DNA of 64,000 bases from Mycoplasmatota bacterium. Lineage in GTDB: Bacteria; Bacillota_I; Bacilli_A; Izemoplasmatales; Hujiaoplasmataceae. Shown piece by piece: positions 20,294-31,558 of the stretch. Where the stretch lies: positions 1,372 through 65,371 of the forward strand of contig JAQIBJ010000013.1 in assembly GCA_027859085.1 (NCBI GenBank), in the 5' to 3' direction. Below the pieces are notes generated by a model that had not been told where the DNA came from, did no database searches, and worked only from the letters and a program-made list of their open reading frames with translations. The position numbers and the translations under genes are program-made. Position 1 is the first letter of the stretch, and each line of letters opens with the position of its first letter.

Positions 20294-22370
20294 AATGATC
20301 CTCCAAATATTTATTTATTTTATCGTTCGTTGATTGATATAACCAATCAATAGTTTTCTTCTTGTCTAATAATAATTGATAGGTACTAGACTGTGTTAAA
20401 TCAGCTTTGTTTTTATCTTTTATACTATAATAATTTTTATGTCGTTTCAAGAAATTTAACTCATCAAATATCTGAATTATGATTTCTGCGACCTCCTCTT
20501 GCAAACTTAATATATTCATTATATCAAATTTTGTAAACTGCGGTAATTTTTTTAATTTCATATAAACTTTTAACAATTCGTTTCGATCAATAATTTGATT
20601 GAAATTAATGTTTAAAAATTTAGGAAACAATGCAAATGAATGATGATTTTCAAATATACTTTTTATTTCATTTGTTTTTATAACGGTTTCATCATTCAAT
20701 ACAACAAACTCAGGATATAGATTTTCTTGTATATCAACAGTATTCACAGAATGGCGATAATCAATCACTTGTAAATGATCACATTTAAGATCATTAATCA
20801 TAATTTGAACAGATTCTTTATTCCTAAAACGATTGATAGACAAACCACCACAAACATCAATGACATCATTCTCGTTTAAATTATAATAATATTCTAAACT
20901 ATTAAACTTAATGGCATCAAATAACTGATGCTCATATTCTAATGACAGTTTAACATGATTTTTACCTATAATCTGTTTTCTAACGACCCTTAATCCTTTC
21001 ATTAAGAATAAAGCAGTATGAAAAGACTTTTCTTGCAGTCTTTGAATGGTGTCTTTGGTTATATCTCTTAAATCAATTTCCATATCGATATTTAATTCCG
21101 GCTCATTATCTTCAATATCAAGTTGGTTTAATCTTTTCCTAAAAGCATTAATATTTTCAACCTTTAATTGCATACCAGCTGCTTGATCATGTCCACCGAA
21201 TCTTTCAAGCAAATCTTCAGTTTTCTTCAACATATTTAGAATAGATATTTGTCCAAAGGTTCTTGCAGAACCTTTCGCAACATCACCATCAATTGTAAGC
21301 ACAATCGTTGGTTTTTGATACTTTTCAGAAATTCGTTGAGCACATATTCCAACCACGCCTTCGTGAAACTTATCAGATCCCAATACAAGGACTTGATCTA
21401 AATGATTCACTAAATTCTCTGCTATTGCAAAAGAACGTTCTGTGTGTTTTTTTCTTAATATATGATTTTCTTCGATTTTTAAAATTAAATCATTGGCTTT
21501 CTTTATATCCTCTGTAATTAATAATTCAATTGCTAGTCCACCTTTATTTAAACGTCCACTACTATTAATCTTAGGGGCTATTTGAAATGCTATTGAAGTT
21601 TGATTAACAATATCTAAATCAGAATAATTTAAAATTTTTCTAAGTCCTAAATTTGTGGTCTTTTTAAGTTGTTTTAAACCAATGTTTACAATGGCTTGAT
21701 TTTCTGCTTCTAAAGGCATTAAATCAGCGATTGTCCCTATCATCGCCAAATCACTTAACTCTTCAGGAAACTCACCTTTAATCGCCCATGCGAGCTTAAA
21801 CGCAACCATACACCCTGCGATTTCTTTGAAAGGGTAATTATCACTCAATTTAGAATGCAATATGGTATATGCTTTTGGTAAAGTCTCTTTAAACTCATGA
21901 TGATCTGTCAAGATGACATCAATTTTATGTTCTTGAATAAAATTTATTTCTTCTATTGAAGATATACCATTATCTACTGTAATGATAAGGTTATAACCAT
22001 CATCAACAATATCATTGGCAATGTCTAAATTCAACCCATAACCATCAGTGAATCTATCAGGTATTCTATAATCAACATTCGCACCTGCATTCGATAATAC
22101 TCGATACATGATGGCAACTGATGTGATACCGTCACAGTCATAATCACCAAAGATAAGTATTTTTTCTTTGTCTTCAATCGCTTTTTTTATTCGTTCTACT
22201 GCCTTATCCATATCTTTCAGTAAATATGGAGAATGAATAGCTTCTATGCCCATAGAGAAAAATGCTTCATGATCATGAATGTCTCTGTTTTTATTAATGA
22301 GCTCAAAGATATCTTTATCTTTTACTATCCCTTCAATTTGTTTTTTCCATAAATATTTACTCTTAATCAA
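20283..22370 (-). CDS. recJ: Single-stranded DNA exonuclease RecJ
   Basis: GDYDCDG, TVDNG, TDHH, GTIAD, GGHDQAAG. Confidence 0.96.
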   Translation of the reverse strand: MIKSKYLWKKQIEGIVKDKDIFELINKNRDIHDHEAFFSMGIEAIHSPYLLKDMDKAVERIKKAIEDKEKILIFGDYDCDGITSVAIMYRVLSNAGANVDYRIPDRFTDGYGLNLDIANDIVDDGYNLIITVDNGISSIEEINFIQEHKIDVILTDHHEFKETLPKAYTILHSKLSDNYPFKEIAGCMVAFKLAWAIKGEFPEELSDLAMIGTIADLMPLEAENQAIVNIGLKQLKKTTNLGLRKILNYSDLDIVNQTSIAFQIAPKINSSGRLNKGGLAIELLITEDIKKANDLILKIEENHILRKKHTERSFAIAENLVNHLDQVLVLGSDKFHEGVVGICAQRISEKYQKPTIVLTIDGDVAKGSARTFGQISILNMLKKTEDLLERFGGHDQAAGMQLKVENINAFRKRLNQLDIEDNEPELNIDMEIDLRDITKDTIQRLQEKSFHTALFLMKGLRVVRKQIIGKNHVKLSLEYEHQLFDAIKFNSLEYYYNLNENDVIDVCGGLSINRFRNKESVQIMINDLKCDHLQVIDYRHSVNTVDIQENLYPEFVVLNDETVIKTNEIKSIFENHHSFALFPKFLNINFNQIIDRNELLKVYMKLKKLPQFTKFDIMNILSLQEEVAEIIIQIFDELNFLKRHKNYYSIKDKNKADLTQSSTYQLLLDKKKTIDWLYQSTNDKINKYLEDHYGL

Positions 22371-22385
22371 GGTAAGGCCTCTTTT

Positions 22386-23201
22386 CTAAAATTTTAATGA
22401 AATATCCATTGAGTGATAAGAATGTGTTAATGCGCCAACACTTATATAGTCAACACCAGTACTTGAAACTTCTTTAATCCTAGATAACACCATATTACCA
22501 CTTGCTTCTAATAATTTCATCCCATTGTTAATATTTACAGCTTCTTTCATCATATCCAAACTCATATTGTCTAGCATAATGACATCTGCTTCACTTAACA
22601 ACGCTTCTTTTAATTGTTCTAAAGATTCAACTTCAACTTCTATTTGAATAGATTTATCAATCTGTTTTTTCACTTTTTTGACAGCCTTAATAATCCCACC
22701 ACTTGCTTTTAGATGATTGTCTTTAAGCATGACCATATCAGATAAACTCATACGGTGGTTTATTCCCCCACCATCAAGAACAGCACGTTTCTCAAGTTCT
22801 CTTAATAAAGGTGTTGTTTTTCTAGTGTCCAATATTTTTGTATGAGTGCCTTTTGTTTCATTAACAAATTTTTTGGTCATTGAAGCAATTCCGGACATTC
22901 TTTGCAAGAAATTAAGACCAACGCGTTCTGCCTGTAAAATAGATTTTGTCTTACCATAGACTGTCGCAATCACCATATCTTTTTTAACTTCATCACTATT
23001 TTTAGCGATGATATTAAATACAGTTGACTCATCAATCTTTTTAAAGACAGCTAGGCATACATCAATACCTGAAATCACACCATCTTCTTTTGCTATAAAT
23101 TGACCTTCTGATATTTCATCATTGAATAGATACTCACTAGAAATATCAGTTGTTGGTATATCTTCTTTTAATGCAAGTTTAATGATCTCGTTAATCGTCA
23201 T
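22386..23201 (-). CDS. nadC: Quinolinate phosphoribosyltransferase
   Basis: DTRKTTP, HRMSLSD, LKDNH, EVEVE, MLDN, EASGN, ISVGALTHS. Confidence 0.95.
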   Translation of the reverse strand: MTINEIIKLALKEDIPTTDISSEYLFNDEISEGQFIAKEDGVISGIDVCLAVFKKIDESTVFNIIAKNSDEVKKDMVIATVYGKTKSILQAERVGLNFLQRMSGIASMTKKFVNETKGTHTKILDTRKTTPLLRELEKRAVLDGGGINHRMSLSDMVMLKDNHLKASGGIIKAVKKVKKQIDKSIQIEVEVESLEQLKEALLSEADVIMLDNMSLDMMKEAVNINNGMKLLEASGNMVLSRIKEVSSTGVDYISVGALTHSYHSMDISLKF

Positions 23202-24276
23202 TATTCTCTCCTAAGTGTAGTTTTAATTGTCCTTTATCATCTTTGTTGTCAACAATTTTAACCCATTTAGCACTTCTTCCTTTGCCTAAAGAACGTATAA
23301 CATTATCTTCTTGCAAACGTTTTAAAGTTCGATTAATAGTTGAATCTGATACAAGAGGATGTTTCTTTCTGATATCTTGTTTTGAAAAAGTTTCTGGCAT
23401 TTTTAAGATAATGTTTTCTATATAATCAGATTTTTTTATTGGTAAATCTTTATCATATTGAATGTCTCTTGCTAAATCATTAAGATCATCATACATTCTT
23501 TTATATATTTTAATCATAAATTTAGTCAGTGGAACCACTTCTGATAAACCTTCTTCCCACTGAAAAGATGATTGATGTAATAATTTATTATAATCTTCTT
23601 TAATCATTAATAACTTCGGAAAAAACCCAATATAATAACTAACATTTAATCCGCTTTCAATCAATAAAATATAAAACAATAAAGTGCCAATTAAATCATT
23701 GTATTTAAAGTCATAGACTTTCATATTGATAAAATCAATCATGAAATTAATGTAAAGATAAAATGGCTCTATAACTTGATTTTTTGACATTTTTTTAACA
23801 TCTTCCAAATAATTCTCAAAAACTTCTCTGATGGAAACAGAGGCTGGCTTTAACAATGATTGTTTAGAACCGTATTTACGATATCTTGGTAATTCAATCA
23901 CATCTTTAAACAAGTAACCGACCAATTCTCTAATTTCAACAACTTCTAACTTAAAAGGTTCATAACTTTCGTAATGAATTTTTCTAAAAACTTGATGTAT
24001 ATTCTTAAACAATTGTTCAGAGCGATTATTCGCCACTGAAGAATCAAGTGTTAAAGACGATAGTCTTGAAGAGGGAATGTGTTTAAAATCAGGCGAAAAA
24101 AACTGATAAAAACTCTTTGCATTATCTTCAGCGGTTTTTTGCTTATAATAATCAAGACTTTTAGAGAATAAGTCTTCATAATATTCATTCATCCCTATGC
24201 GTTTATAGAGCTTTGTCATTTCTATAAAGACATCATGAGGAATTGATTTTGTCTTGATGGTTTTAATACAATTCAT
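23191..24276 (-). CDS. Fic-fold protein with degenerate catalytic motif and C-terminal winged helix (pseudo-Fic)
   Basis: Colinear similarity to Firmicutes Fic+HTH proteins (NNRSEQ, IHYESYE, EP...F..DF, SSFQWEEG, FSKQDIR..HP.VS.STI...L..L), but HPFxDGNGR is replaced by KVYDFKYND. Confidence 0.75.
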   Translation of the reverse strand: MNCIKTIKTKSIPHDVFIEMTKLYKRIGMNEYYEDLFSKSLDYYKQKTAEDNAKSFYQFFSPDFKHIPSSRLSSLTLDSSVANNRSEQLFKNIHQVFRKIHYESYEPFKLEVVEIRELVGYLFKDVIELPRYRKYGSKQSLLKPASVSIREVFENYLEDVKKMSKNQVIEPFYLYINFMIDFINMKVYDFKYNDLIGTLLFYILLIESGLNVSYYIGFFPKLLMIKEDYNKLLHQSSFQWEEGLSEVVPLTKFMIKIYKRMYDDLNDLARDIQYDKDLPIKKSDYIENIILKMPETFSKQDIRKKHPLVSDSTINRTLKRLQEDNVIRSLGKGRSAKWVKIVDNKDDKGQLKLHLGENNDD

Positions 24277-24286
24277 TATTCCACCT

Positions 24287-25531
24287 CTATTCTGTAAATA
24301 ATAATTGAATAATCTTCTCTATAAATGGTCTTTCAAGCGTTGTAAATTGATTTTCATAAAATGATATTTTATCTAAATCGGTTGTATTCACTTCAGTTCC
24401 CTGAAGTGAGTAGTTATCAGTACTAATATAAGAAGCATACAAGCCTTCCTCAGTAATTGTATTCACGTAGTTTGAACCTATGTTTGATCCATAAGAGCCG
24501 GCCATTAATTGACTTTCTATTAACTCTGATTCAAGGACCGAAAGATTTTTGCCAATATCTAACATCCAGTTTTCACCTAATGTTAATCCAACTTGATATT
24601 TGGTAACTGAAACATTCAAATCAATCAATACAAAATTATTAAATACATTTGCGTTTTGATTATAACCAGCAAATCCACCCAAAGATAAATCAGTTGAACT
24701 TGTGATATTAAAGGTAACTTTAGCAATATTTCTATACAATAAATCTTTATCAACTGATAAAGAACTATCTGTCGTTTCTATATCATATAAAAAATAATGT
24801 CCAACCACTCCACCAACATAGGTCGATAAACCAGAATTTACTTCAATATCAACATCAATAATATCATTATCATATATTTTAATGTTTTGTGCTTTACCGA
24901 TTAAACCACCAACATAATTAATTTCACTGCCATTCATTTCTAATATACCTGTTGCATGATTATTATAAATACTCATAGGCTTAAACTCTTTAGCAATGAC
25001 TAACTTTTGTAATGAAGTTAATGCATTCCCTACTAATAATCCAGCATAAACATTACCTTGTGTAGAAGTTACTTTAATAAAACCGTCCACTGTAACATTG
25101 GAAATAGACCCATAGCTCATTCCTGCTAGTCCACCAACATTCACCAAAAAGTCAGACGTAATATTGATGTTGAAATCAGTCACATTTAAGTTTTCAACAT
25201 TCCCTTCGATATAACCAAACAAGCCGTTATAACCTTGATTATTTTTAGTGATAATGAAATTTGAAATAGTATATCCATTACCATTAAAATGGCCTCTAAA
25301 TGGTCGGTTGAAGGTTCCCAAAGGTGTCCATTCTTCTCCGTTTAAATCAATGTCTTGATCAAGTTCATAAGACTTATTGATATCCATTTCTTTTAAATCA
25401 TCAATGGTTGAAACTATTATATAATTTGTATAATCCACCTCGATATTTTCTGTTTCTTCATCATCGAGAAAATTACATCCTGTCAAAAACAAAACAGAAA
25501 ATAACATGAATAATGTCATTAATTTTTTCAT
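24287..25531 (-). CDS. Lipoprotein with GLUG-like repeats
   Basis: Lipobox FLTGC after ATG 25531 (AGGAG RBS); WTPLG..F.G.FNGNGYTISN, GLFG, repeated VGGLAG/VGGLIG/VGGVVG. Confidence 0.8.
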   Translation of the reverse strand: MKKLMTLFMLFSVLFLTGCNFLDDEETENIEVDYTNYIIVSTIDDLKEMDINKSYELDQDIDLNGEEWTPLGTFNRPFRGHFNGNGYTISNFIITKNNQGYNGLFGYIEGNVENLNVTDFNINITSDFLVNVGGLAGMSYGSISNVTVDGFIKVTSTQGNVYAGLLVGNALTSLQKLVIAKEFKPMSIYNNHATGILEMNGSEINYVGGLIGKAQNIKIYDNDIIDVDIEVNSGLSTYVGGVVGHYFLYDIETTDSSLSVDKDLLYRNIAKVTFNITSSTDLSLGGFAGYNQNANVFNNFVLIDLNVSVTKYQVGLTLGENWMLDIGKNLSVLESELIESQLMAGSYGSNIGSNYVNTITEEGLYASYISTDNYSLQGTEVNTTDLDKISFYENQFTTLERPFIEKIIQLLFTE

Positions 25532-25541
25532 AAATCTCCTT

Positions 25542-28190
25542 TTAAAACAATCTTTGTTGAATGATGTCATCGTCATCTTCTTCATCTTCTTTATCTTCAT
25601 CCTCTATAGTATCCGTTGATTCATCAACTTCGTTTGGATCATCATCAGAAATTGATATGATTTTTTCTAATTCAGACATCACATCATCACTATCTTCTTC
25701 ATCTTCTTCAATCACTTCGTCTATTAAGTTCACCAATATTTCATGAGTTTCTGGATATCTGTCTTTATCAATCATCAAGTTCGTTGGATGATCTTCTTTA
25801 GCAAATATTGGAATTCCATTTTCATAACGGTCTGGTTTAAGGTCTGGTCCTAAAATACATTTGTCTTTATTCTTTGCGGACAAGCGTATATTAATAAATT
25901 CTTTTAATCTAAAAATATTCTCTACATTCATACCAACAACTTTGTAAGGGTTCGATTTAATCAACTTAAACACCCTTTTACCTTTGGCAGGTCGGTGTGA
26001 AATGTCAATATTCGCAGTAGATTCTCTCTTTAAACCACCACGGTTTGTTAGCATCAATAATTCATCTTTATTAATCGCTGTTGCAAATTTAGCACCGACT
26101 AATTGATCTTTTCTTAAATTAATACCTTTAACACCTTTGGCCATCAAAGATTGAATTGATATTTCTTCAATTTCATATTTTATAACGTAGCTGTTTTTTG
26201 AAACCATAACAACATATTGGTCATATTCTTCTTGTAAATCCACTGAAACCAACTCATTAACTTTAGAACATGATAACACACTAAAAGTCTTATTAATCCT
26301 TGTTTTAACAAATTCTTCAAGAAGAACTCTTTTTATCGCTCCATCTTGGTTTGCAACCATCACATAACGTGATGCATCAAACTCATCAATAACAAGGTAA
26401 TCTATCACTCTTTCTTTATTTTTTAATGTTGCATAATTACCAACATAATCACCTAAATCTTTCCATTTAGCGTCCATCACTTTATGAACTGGTAGATTAA
26501 TGAAATTACCTAAATTGGTGAATAGTAATAAAGTATCTCTTGTATTGACATCAGTTTTCTTAAGAATAATATCATTTTCTTTTAATCCCGTTGAACCTTG
26601 AGTGGCTTGATAAGATTTCATTGATGAACGTTTAATGTATCCGTCTCTTGAGATAACAACCATAACATTTTCATTTTCTATTAGCTCTTGTTCATCAAAC
26701 TCGATTTTTTTAATTTCACCTTTAATAACAGACAATCTAGGCGTTGGATATTTTTCTACCAATTCCTTGATTTCATTAATGATGACAGTTTCTAATTCGT
26801 TTTCATTATTTAATATTTTTGTTAAACGTTTTATTTCTTTAGATAAACTAATAGATTCTTTTTCCATTTCAGTTACATCAGTTGATGATAAACGATACAA
26901 TCTTAATGAAACGATTGCATCTGCTTGTTCATTGGTAAATTTATATTTCTTAATTAATTTACCTTCAGCATCTTTTTTACCCGTTGACTGACGAATCATT
27001 CTAATCACTTCATCTAAGACACTCACCATTTTTAAGAAACCTAAAACAATGTGTTTTCTTTTTTCAAAACGTTGTAATTCAAAATTCGAACGATTACGAA
27101 TGACTTCTTTTTGATGAAGAATATATTCATTTAATATTTCTTCTAAAGATAATAGTCTTGGACTTCTTTGACTAATCGCAACCATATTATAATTAAATGT
27201 TTTTGATAAATCTGTATTCTTATGTAAATACGCCAAAATAACATCACTTGCGATGTCTTTTTTGAGTTTAATTTCAATTCTAATACCATCACGGTCAGAT
27301 ATATCATTGACTTCAACGATACCATCAATTTTTTTCTTTGTGGCAATATCACTGATTTTTCTAACCAAATCTGCTTTATTAACCTCAAAAGGCAGTTCAG
27401 TCACTATTAATTCAGTATCATTCACTTCAACTTTACTTCTGATTACAACTCGACCACGCCCAGTTTTAAAGGCTTTTTCAATTTCATCAATACCTTCAAC
27501 AATTCCGCCTGTAGGAAAATCTGGTCCTTTAATAAATTTTAATAAATCGTTAAAAGTTGTCTCTTTATGTTCTAATTTATAGATTAATGCATTCATCACT
27601 TCATTTAAATTATGTGGGGGAATGTTTGTTGCATATCCAGTTGCCATTCCTGAGCCACCATTAATCAAAAGGTTTGGAAACTTAGCAGGTAATACAACAG
27701 GTTCTAATTCATAATCATCGAAGTTTGGAATAAAGTTTACAGTCTTTTTATCAATATCTTGTAACAATGCTTCTGAAAACACAGTCAATCTGGCTTCAGT
27801 ATAACGCATTGCCGCAGCTGGATCATTATCTACTGAACCATTATTTCCGTGCATGTCTATTAAAAGGTTTCTCATTTTCCAATGTTGAGACATACGAACC
27901 ATGGCTTCATAAACACTAGAATCACCATGTGGATGATACTTACCAATGACTTCACCTACGATTCTCGCAGATTTTTTAAATGCTTTAGTTGAACCCATAC
28001 CAAGTTCATTCATTGCAAATAATATTCTTCTTTGAACTGGTTTTAAACCATCTCTAACATCAGGTAATGCACGTTCTTGGATAATATATTTTGAATAGCG
28101 ACTAAACCTTTCACCAACAATATCTTCTAAATTCATGGAAATAATATTTTCTACATAATCATCAAGTTTTTTCTTAACTGATTTAGCCAT
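25542..28190 (-). CDS. parC: DNA topoisomerase IV subunit A
   Basis: [27 protein letters not shown]; no GyrA box; follows parE; long acidic tail. Confidence 0.93.
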   Translation of the reverse strand: MAKSVKKKLDDYVENIISMNLEDIVGERFSRYSKYIIQERALPDVRDGLKPVQRRILFAMNELGMGSTKAFKKSARIVGEVIGKYHPHGDSSVYEAMVRMSQHWKMRNLLIDMHGNNGSVDNDPAAAMRYTEARLTVFSEALLQDIDKKTVNFIPNFDDYELEPVVLPAKFPNLLINGGSGMATGYATNIPPHNLNEVMNALIYKLEHKETTFNDLLKFIKGPDFPTGGIVEGIDEIEKAFKTGRGRVVIRSKVEVNDTELIVTELPFEVNKADLVRKISDIATKKKIDGIVEVNDISDRDGIRIEIKLKKDIASDVILAYLHKNTDLSKTFNYNMVAISQRSPRLLSLEEILNEYILHQKEVIRNRSNFELQRFEKRKHIVLGFLKMVSVLDEVIRMIRQSTGKKDAEGKLIKKYKFTNEQADAIVSLRLYRLSSTDVTEMEKESISLSKEIKRLTKILNNENELETVIINEIKELVEKYPTPRLSVIKGEIKKIEFDEQELIENENVMVVISRDGYIKRSSMKSYQATQGSTGLKENDIILKKTDVNTRDTLLLFTNLGNFINLPVHKVMDAKWKDLGDYVGNYATLKNKERVIDYLVIDEFDASRYVMVANQDGAIKRVLLEEFVKTRINKTFSVLSCSKVNELVSVDLQEEYDQYVVMVSKNSYVIKYEIEEISIQSLMAKGVKGINLRKDQLVGAKFATAINKDELLMLTNRGGLKRESTANIDISHRPAKGKRVFKLIKSNPYKVVGMNVENIFRLKEFINIRLSAKNKDKCILGPDLKPDRYENGIPIFAKEDHPTNLMIDKDRYPETHEILVNLIDEVIEEDEEDSDDVMSELEKIISISDDDPNEVDESTDTIEDEDKEDEEDDDDIIQQRLF

Positions 28191-30124
28191 TATTTGCCCT
28201 CCTCAATGATGAAGTCATCTTCATTAACAAATGATACATTGTTATCAATCCATTCTTTTCTTGGTTCTACTTTATCGCCCATTAATACTGAAATACGTTG
28301 ATCAGCTTCAGCCAATGATTCAATATTTACTTCGATTAAAGAACGGGTTCTTGGATCCATGGTTGTTTCCCATAGTTGACTAGAATTCATTTCTCCTAAA
28401 CCTTTATATCGTTGAATTGAATATTTCTTATATCGTTTACTAAGAATTTCTCTTTCTTCTTCAGTCCAAGCATATTCATACTTTTTAGAACTTGTTGCCG
28501 AAATCTTATACAATGGTGGTAAGGCAATAAATAGTTTTCCTTCTTCAATTAATTCTGGCATATATCTAAAGAAGAATGTAATTAATAAAACTTGAATATG
28601 TGCACCATCAGTATCCGCATCGGTCATAATAATGACTTTATTATAATTTGATTTTTTAACTTTAAAATCGCTACCAATACCAGCACCTATTGTTGAGATG
28701 ATGGTTGAAATTTCTTCATTTTTAAAAACATCTTCCATTTTTTGTTTCTCAGCATTGATGACTTTTCCTCTCAATGGTAAGATAGCTTGGAATTTTCGAT
28801 CTCTACCTTGCTTTGCTGAACCACCAGCCGAATCTCCCTCAACTAAAAACAACTCTTTTATAGAAGCATCTTTAGATGAAGCAGGCGCTAATTTCCCAGA
28901 AAGAACAGTATCTTTCTTTTTAATCTTCTTAACAAGTCTTGCATCTTCTCTGGCTTTTCTAGCTGCTTCCCATGCGTTTCTTGCTTTAATTGATTTAGAT
29001 ATTAATTCTTGTGATGTTTGAGGATTCTCCATTAAATAAGCCGCAATATTATCATAAACTACCGCTTCAACTGCAGCTCTAGCTTCATTGGTACCTAATT
29101 TATTCTTGGTTTGACCTTCAAACTGTAATAAATATTCAGGTATTCTCACAGAAATAATTGAGGTCATACCTTCTCTAACATGAGTCCCTTCTAAAGAATT
29201 ATCTCGCTCTTTAATCAGGTTCATTTTTCTTCCGTATTCATTATAAGCTTTTGTAAAAGCCGATTTGAACCCAGTTTCATGAGTTCCACCATCTTTTGTT
29301 CTTACATTATTAACAAACGATACAATATTCTCTGAGTAAGCTTTTGTATATTGAAATGAAACCTCAACTTCAATATCATTGCTTTTTCCATTAAAGTAAA
29401 CAGGTTTATTTAAAGTTGATTTTCCTTTATTGATGTATTCAACATATTGTCTAATACCTTTTTCAAATTGAAAGATTTGTTTTTCACGACTTCGATGATC
29501 AATAACTTCCATTTTTAATCTTTTGATTAAAAATGCGTTTTCTCTAACACGTTCTTCTATCATCTTATAATTAAATAAAGTCGTACTAAAAATAGTTTGA
29601 TCTGGTTTAAACCAAACTTCAGTTCCGCTTTTTCTTGTGTTACCAGTTTCTTTTAAAAGGTAAACAGGTTTTCCACCGTTTTCAAATCGCATAGAGTAAC
29701 TCTTACCATCACGATATACATTCACTTCTAAAAATTCAGATAAGGCATTAACGACTGACGCACCAACACCATGTAGACCACCAGCAACTTTATAGGCTCC
29801 ATTCGCCGAAAACTTTCCACCTGCATGTAGTTTTGTGAAAATTAAATCAACACCACTCAACCCAGATTCATGTTTATCAACAGGCATACCTCGACCGTCA
29901 TCACTGACTTTTATTGAATTGTCTTCATTGATTTCAACTTTTATATAACTACCATACCCTGCTAAAACTTCATCAATAGAGTTATCTATAATTTCCCATA
30001 CCAAGTGATGTAGTCCTCTGGTGTCTGTTGACCCGATGTACATCGCTGGTCTTTTTCTAACAGCTTCTAATCCTTCTAGTATTTGTAGTGATTTTGCATT
30101 ATATGCATTAGACTTTGCGCTCAT
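28190..30124 (-). CDS. parE: DNA topoisomerase IV subunit B
   Basis: [35 protein letters not shown]; divergent from plsY as in Firmicutes. Confidence 0.93.
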   Translation of the reverse strand: MSAKSNAYNAKSLQILEGLEAVRKRPAMYIGSTDTRGLHHLVWEIIDNSIDEVLAGYGSYIKVEINEDNSIKVSDDGRGMPVDKHESGLSGVDLIFTKLHAGGKFSANGAYKVAGGLHGVGASVVNALSEFLEVNVYRDGKSYSMRFENGGKPVYLLKETGNTRKSGTEVWFKPDQTIFSTTLFNYKMIEERVRENAFLIKRLKMEVIDHRSREKQIFQFEKGIRQYVEYINKGKSTLNKPVYFNGKSNDIEVEVSFQYTKAYSENIVSFVNNVRTKDGGTHETGFKSAFTKAYNEYGRKMNLIKERDNSLEGTHVREGMTSIISVRIPEYLLQFEGQTKNKLGTNEARAAVEAVVYDNIAAYLMENPQTSQELISKSIKARNAWEAARKAREDARLVKKIKKKDTVLSGKLAPASSKDASIKELFLVEGDSAGGSAKQGRDRKFQAILPLRGKVINAEKQKMEDVFKNEEISTIISTIGAGIGSDFKVKKSNYNKVIIMTDADTDGAHIQVLLITFFFRYMPELIEEGKLFIALPPLYKISATSSKKYEYAWTEEEREILSKRYKKYSIQRYKGLGEMNSSQLWETTMDPRTRSLIEVNIESLAEADQRISVLMGDKVEPRKEWIDNNVSFVNEDDFIIEEGK

Positions 30125-30233
30125 ATTATCTGCTCCTTTTTGCTCTATCTTTTATTATATCAAATTTCGCGAGTTATTTCTTTATTTTTCTTGATTTTTT
30201 TGGTATAATCATTATCAATAAAGAGAGGTTAAG

Positions 30234-30872
30234 ATGGAATATATATTCTTAGTCATTGCTTATATTATTGGGGCCATTCCCTTTTCATATATTTTCGGTA
30301 AAAAATTTAAAAATAAAGATTTAAGAAATCACGGTAGTGGAAACCTTGGAACAACCAATGCTTTTAGAGTTCTTGGTAAAACAATTGGAGTGTTTGTACT
30401 CATTTTTGACATCACCAAAAGCGGTATACTGGTGTTAATTGTTAGATATAACCCAGAGTTATTTGGTGTAGATATGTTGCATCCATTGTTTTATGGTTTA
30501 GCATCTATTATTGGTCATATATACCCTGTTTGGATGAGGTTTAGAGGTGGAAAAGGCGTCGCTTCTTCATTCGGATTAGTCATCGCTTATGCACCGTGGG
30601 TTGGTATTCCTTTAATACCATATTTTATTTTAGTGGTTCATTTCACAAAATATGTTTCACTAGCCTCAACAACAACCGCATTAGCGACATCAATTATTGC
30701 AACAATTTTATATTTCACGTCAAGCAATCCAGTATATGATATAATTTTTGTAATCGTTACATGGATAGCGACCGTCTTAATATTTATTAGACATAGACAA
30801 AATTTCATAAAACTATACAACGGAAACGAAAACAAATCCTATCTATTTAAGAAAAAAGATAAAAAAATATGA
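30234..30872 (+). CDS. plsY: Glycerol-3-phosphate acyltransferase PlsY
   Basis: GSGNLGTTNAFR, GHIYP...FRGGKGVA, RHRQN. Confidence 0.96.
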   Translation: MEYIFLVIAYIIGAIPFSYIFGKKFKNKDLRNHGSGNLGTTNAFRVLGKTIGVFVLIFDITKSGILVLIVRYNPELFGVDMLHPLFYGLASIIGHIYPVWMRFRGGKGVASSFGLVIAYAPWVGIPLIPYFILVVHFTKYVSLASTTTALATSIIATILYFTSSNPVYDIIFVIVTWIATVLIFIRHRQNFIKLYNGNENKSYLFKKKDKKI

Positions 30873-30897
30873 TCCCCTAGATGGAGATCATTTTTTT
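30861..30897. terminator. Bidirectional terminator between plsY and yneF
   Basis: ATGATCCCC...GGAGATCAT stem flanked by A- and T-runs between convergent genes. Confidence 0.6.
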
Positions 30898-31115
30898 TAT
30901 TGATTTTGTTTCATTGATGCCATTACTTGTCTTACTTGTTTTTCAGAAGGTTTTCTTCCCATCTGTGACATCATTGCTCTAATCATTTTTTCATTAATTG
31001 GTGGGTTTTTATCTAGATAACTTTTAAAATATTTTCTAGAAAGGAAAAATCCAATTATTAACCCAGCAATTAAGGCGACAACTATTAATACGATTTCTAA
31101 CCATAGTTCCATCAT
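30897..31115 (-). CDS. yneF: YneF/UPF0154 family protein
   Basis: TM helix followed by [25 protein letters not shown]; start after AGGGGTGA. Confidence 0.93.
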   Translation of the reverse strand: MMELWLEIVLIVVALIAGLIIGFFLSRKYFKSYLDKNPPINEKMIRAMMSQMGRKPSEKQVRQVMASMKQNQ

Positions 31116-31347
31116 TTTAATCACCCCTTTAAACTCAACTATTATTGTACCAAAACTAAGTGTTTTAATCAAGTTATTATCTTTAGAAATTATAGAATCT
31201 CTAAGATATCAGATAGACCACCTATTATATATTAATTATTTATAGTAAACAACATTACAATTGTTATTATTTTTTAATTTCTTGTTTACAAATGCATTAA
31301 TCATTGTTAGAATAGATATGAAAAGATTCTTAAGGAGGATATCAAAT

Positions 31348-31515
31348 ATGCCAAGATTTATTATAGACACATGTATTGCATGCGGAACTTGTAAAGAAAA
31401 TTGTCCTGTTGATTGCATTGAAGAAGGCGACATTTATGTAGTCGATGAAGATGCTTGTATCGATTGTGGAGTTTGTGAAGCAAACTGTCCTGTTGATTGC
31501 ATTATTACAAAATAA
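31348..31515 (+). CDS. 2x[4Fe-4S] ferredoxin
   Basis: Two CxxCxxCxxxCP motifs; ATG 31348 after AAGGAGG. Confidence 0.95.
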   Translation: MPRFIIDTCIACGTCKENCPVDCIEEGDIYVVDEDACIDCGVCEANCPVDCIITK

Positions 31516-31526
31516 CTTAATCAATT

Positions 31527-31558
31527 AAAAAACAGCGGGAATTTTCCCGCTGTTTTTT
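31527..31558. terminator. Bidirectional terminator between the ferredoxin and MarR genes
   Basis: AAAAAACAGCGGGAA-TT-TTCCCGCTGTTTTTT. Confidence 0.9.

Noticed and set aside
25542-30124. Calling the topoisomerase genes gyrBA
   Set aside because: No GyrA box is visible, and the plsY-divergent context and the subunit sequences fit parEC.
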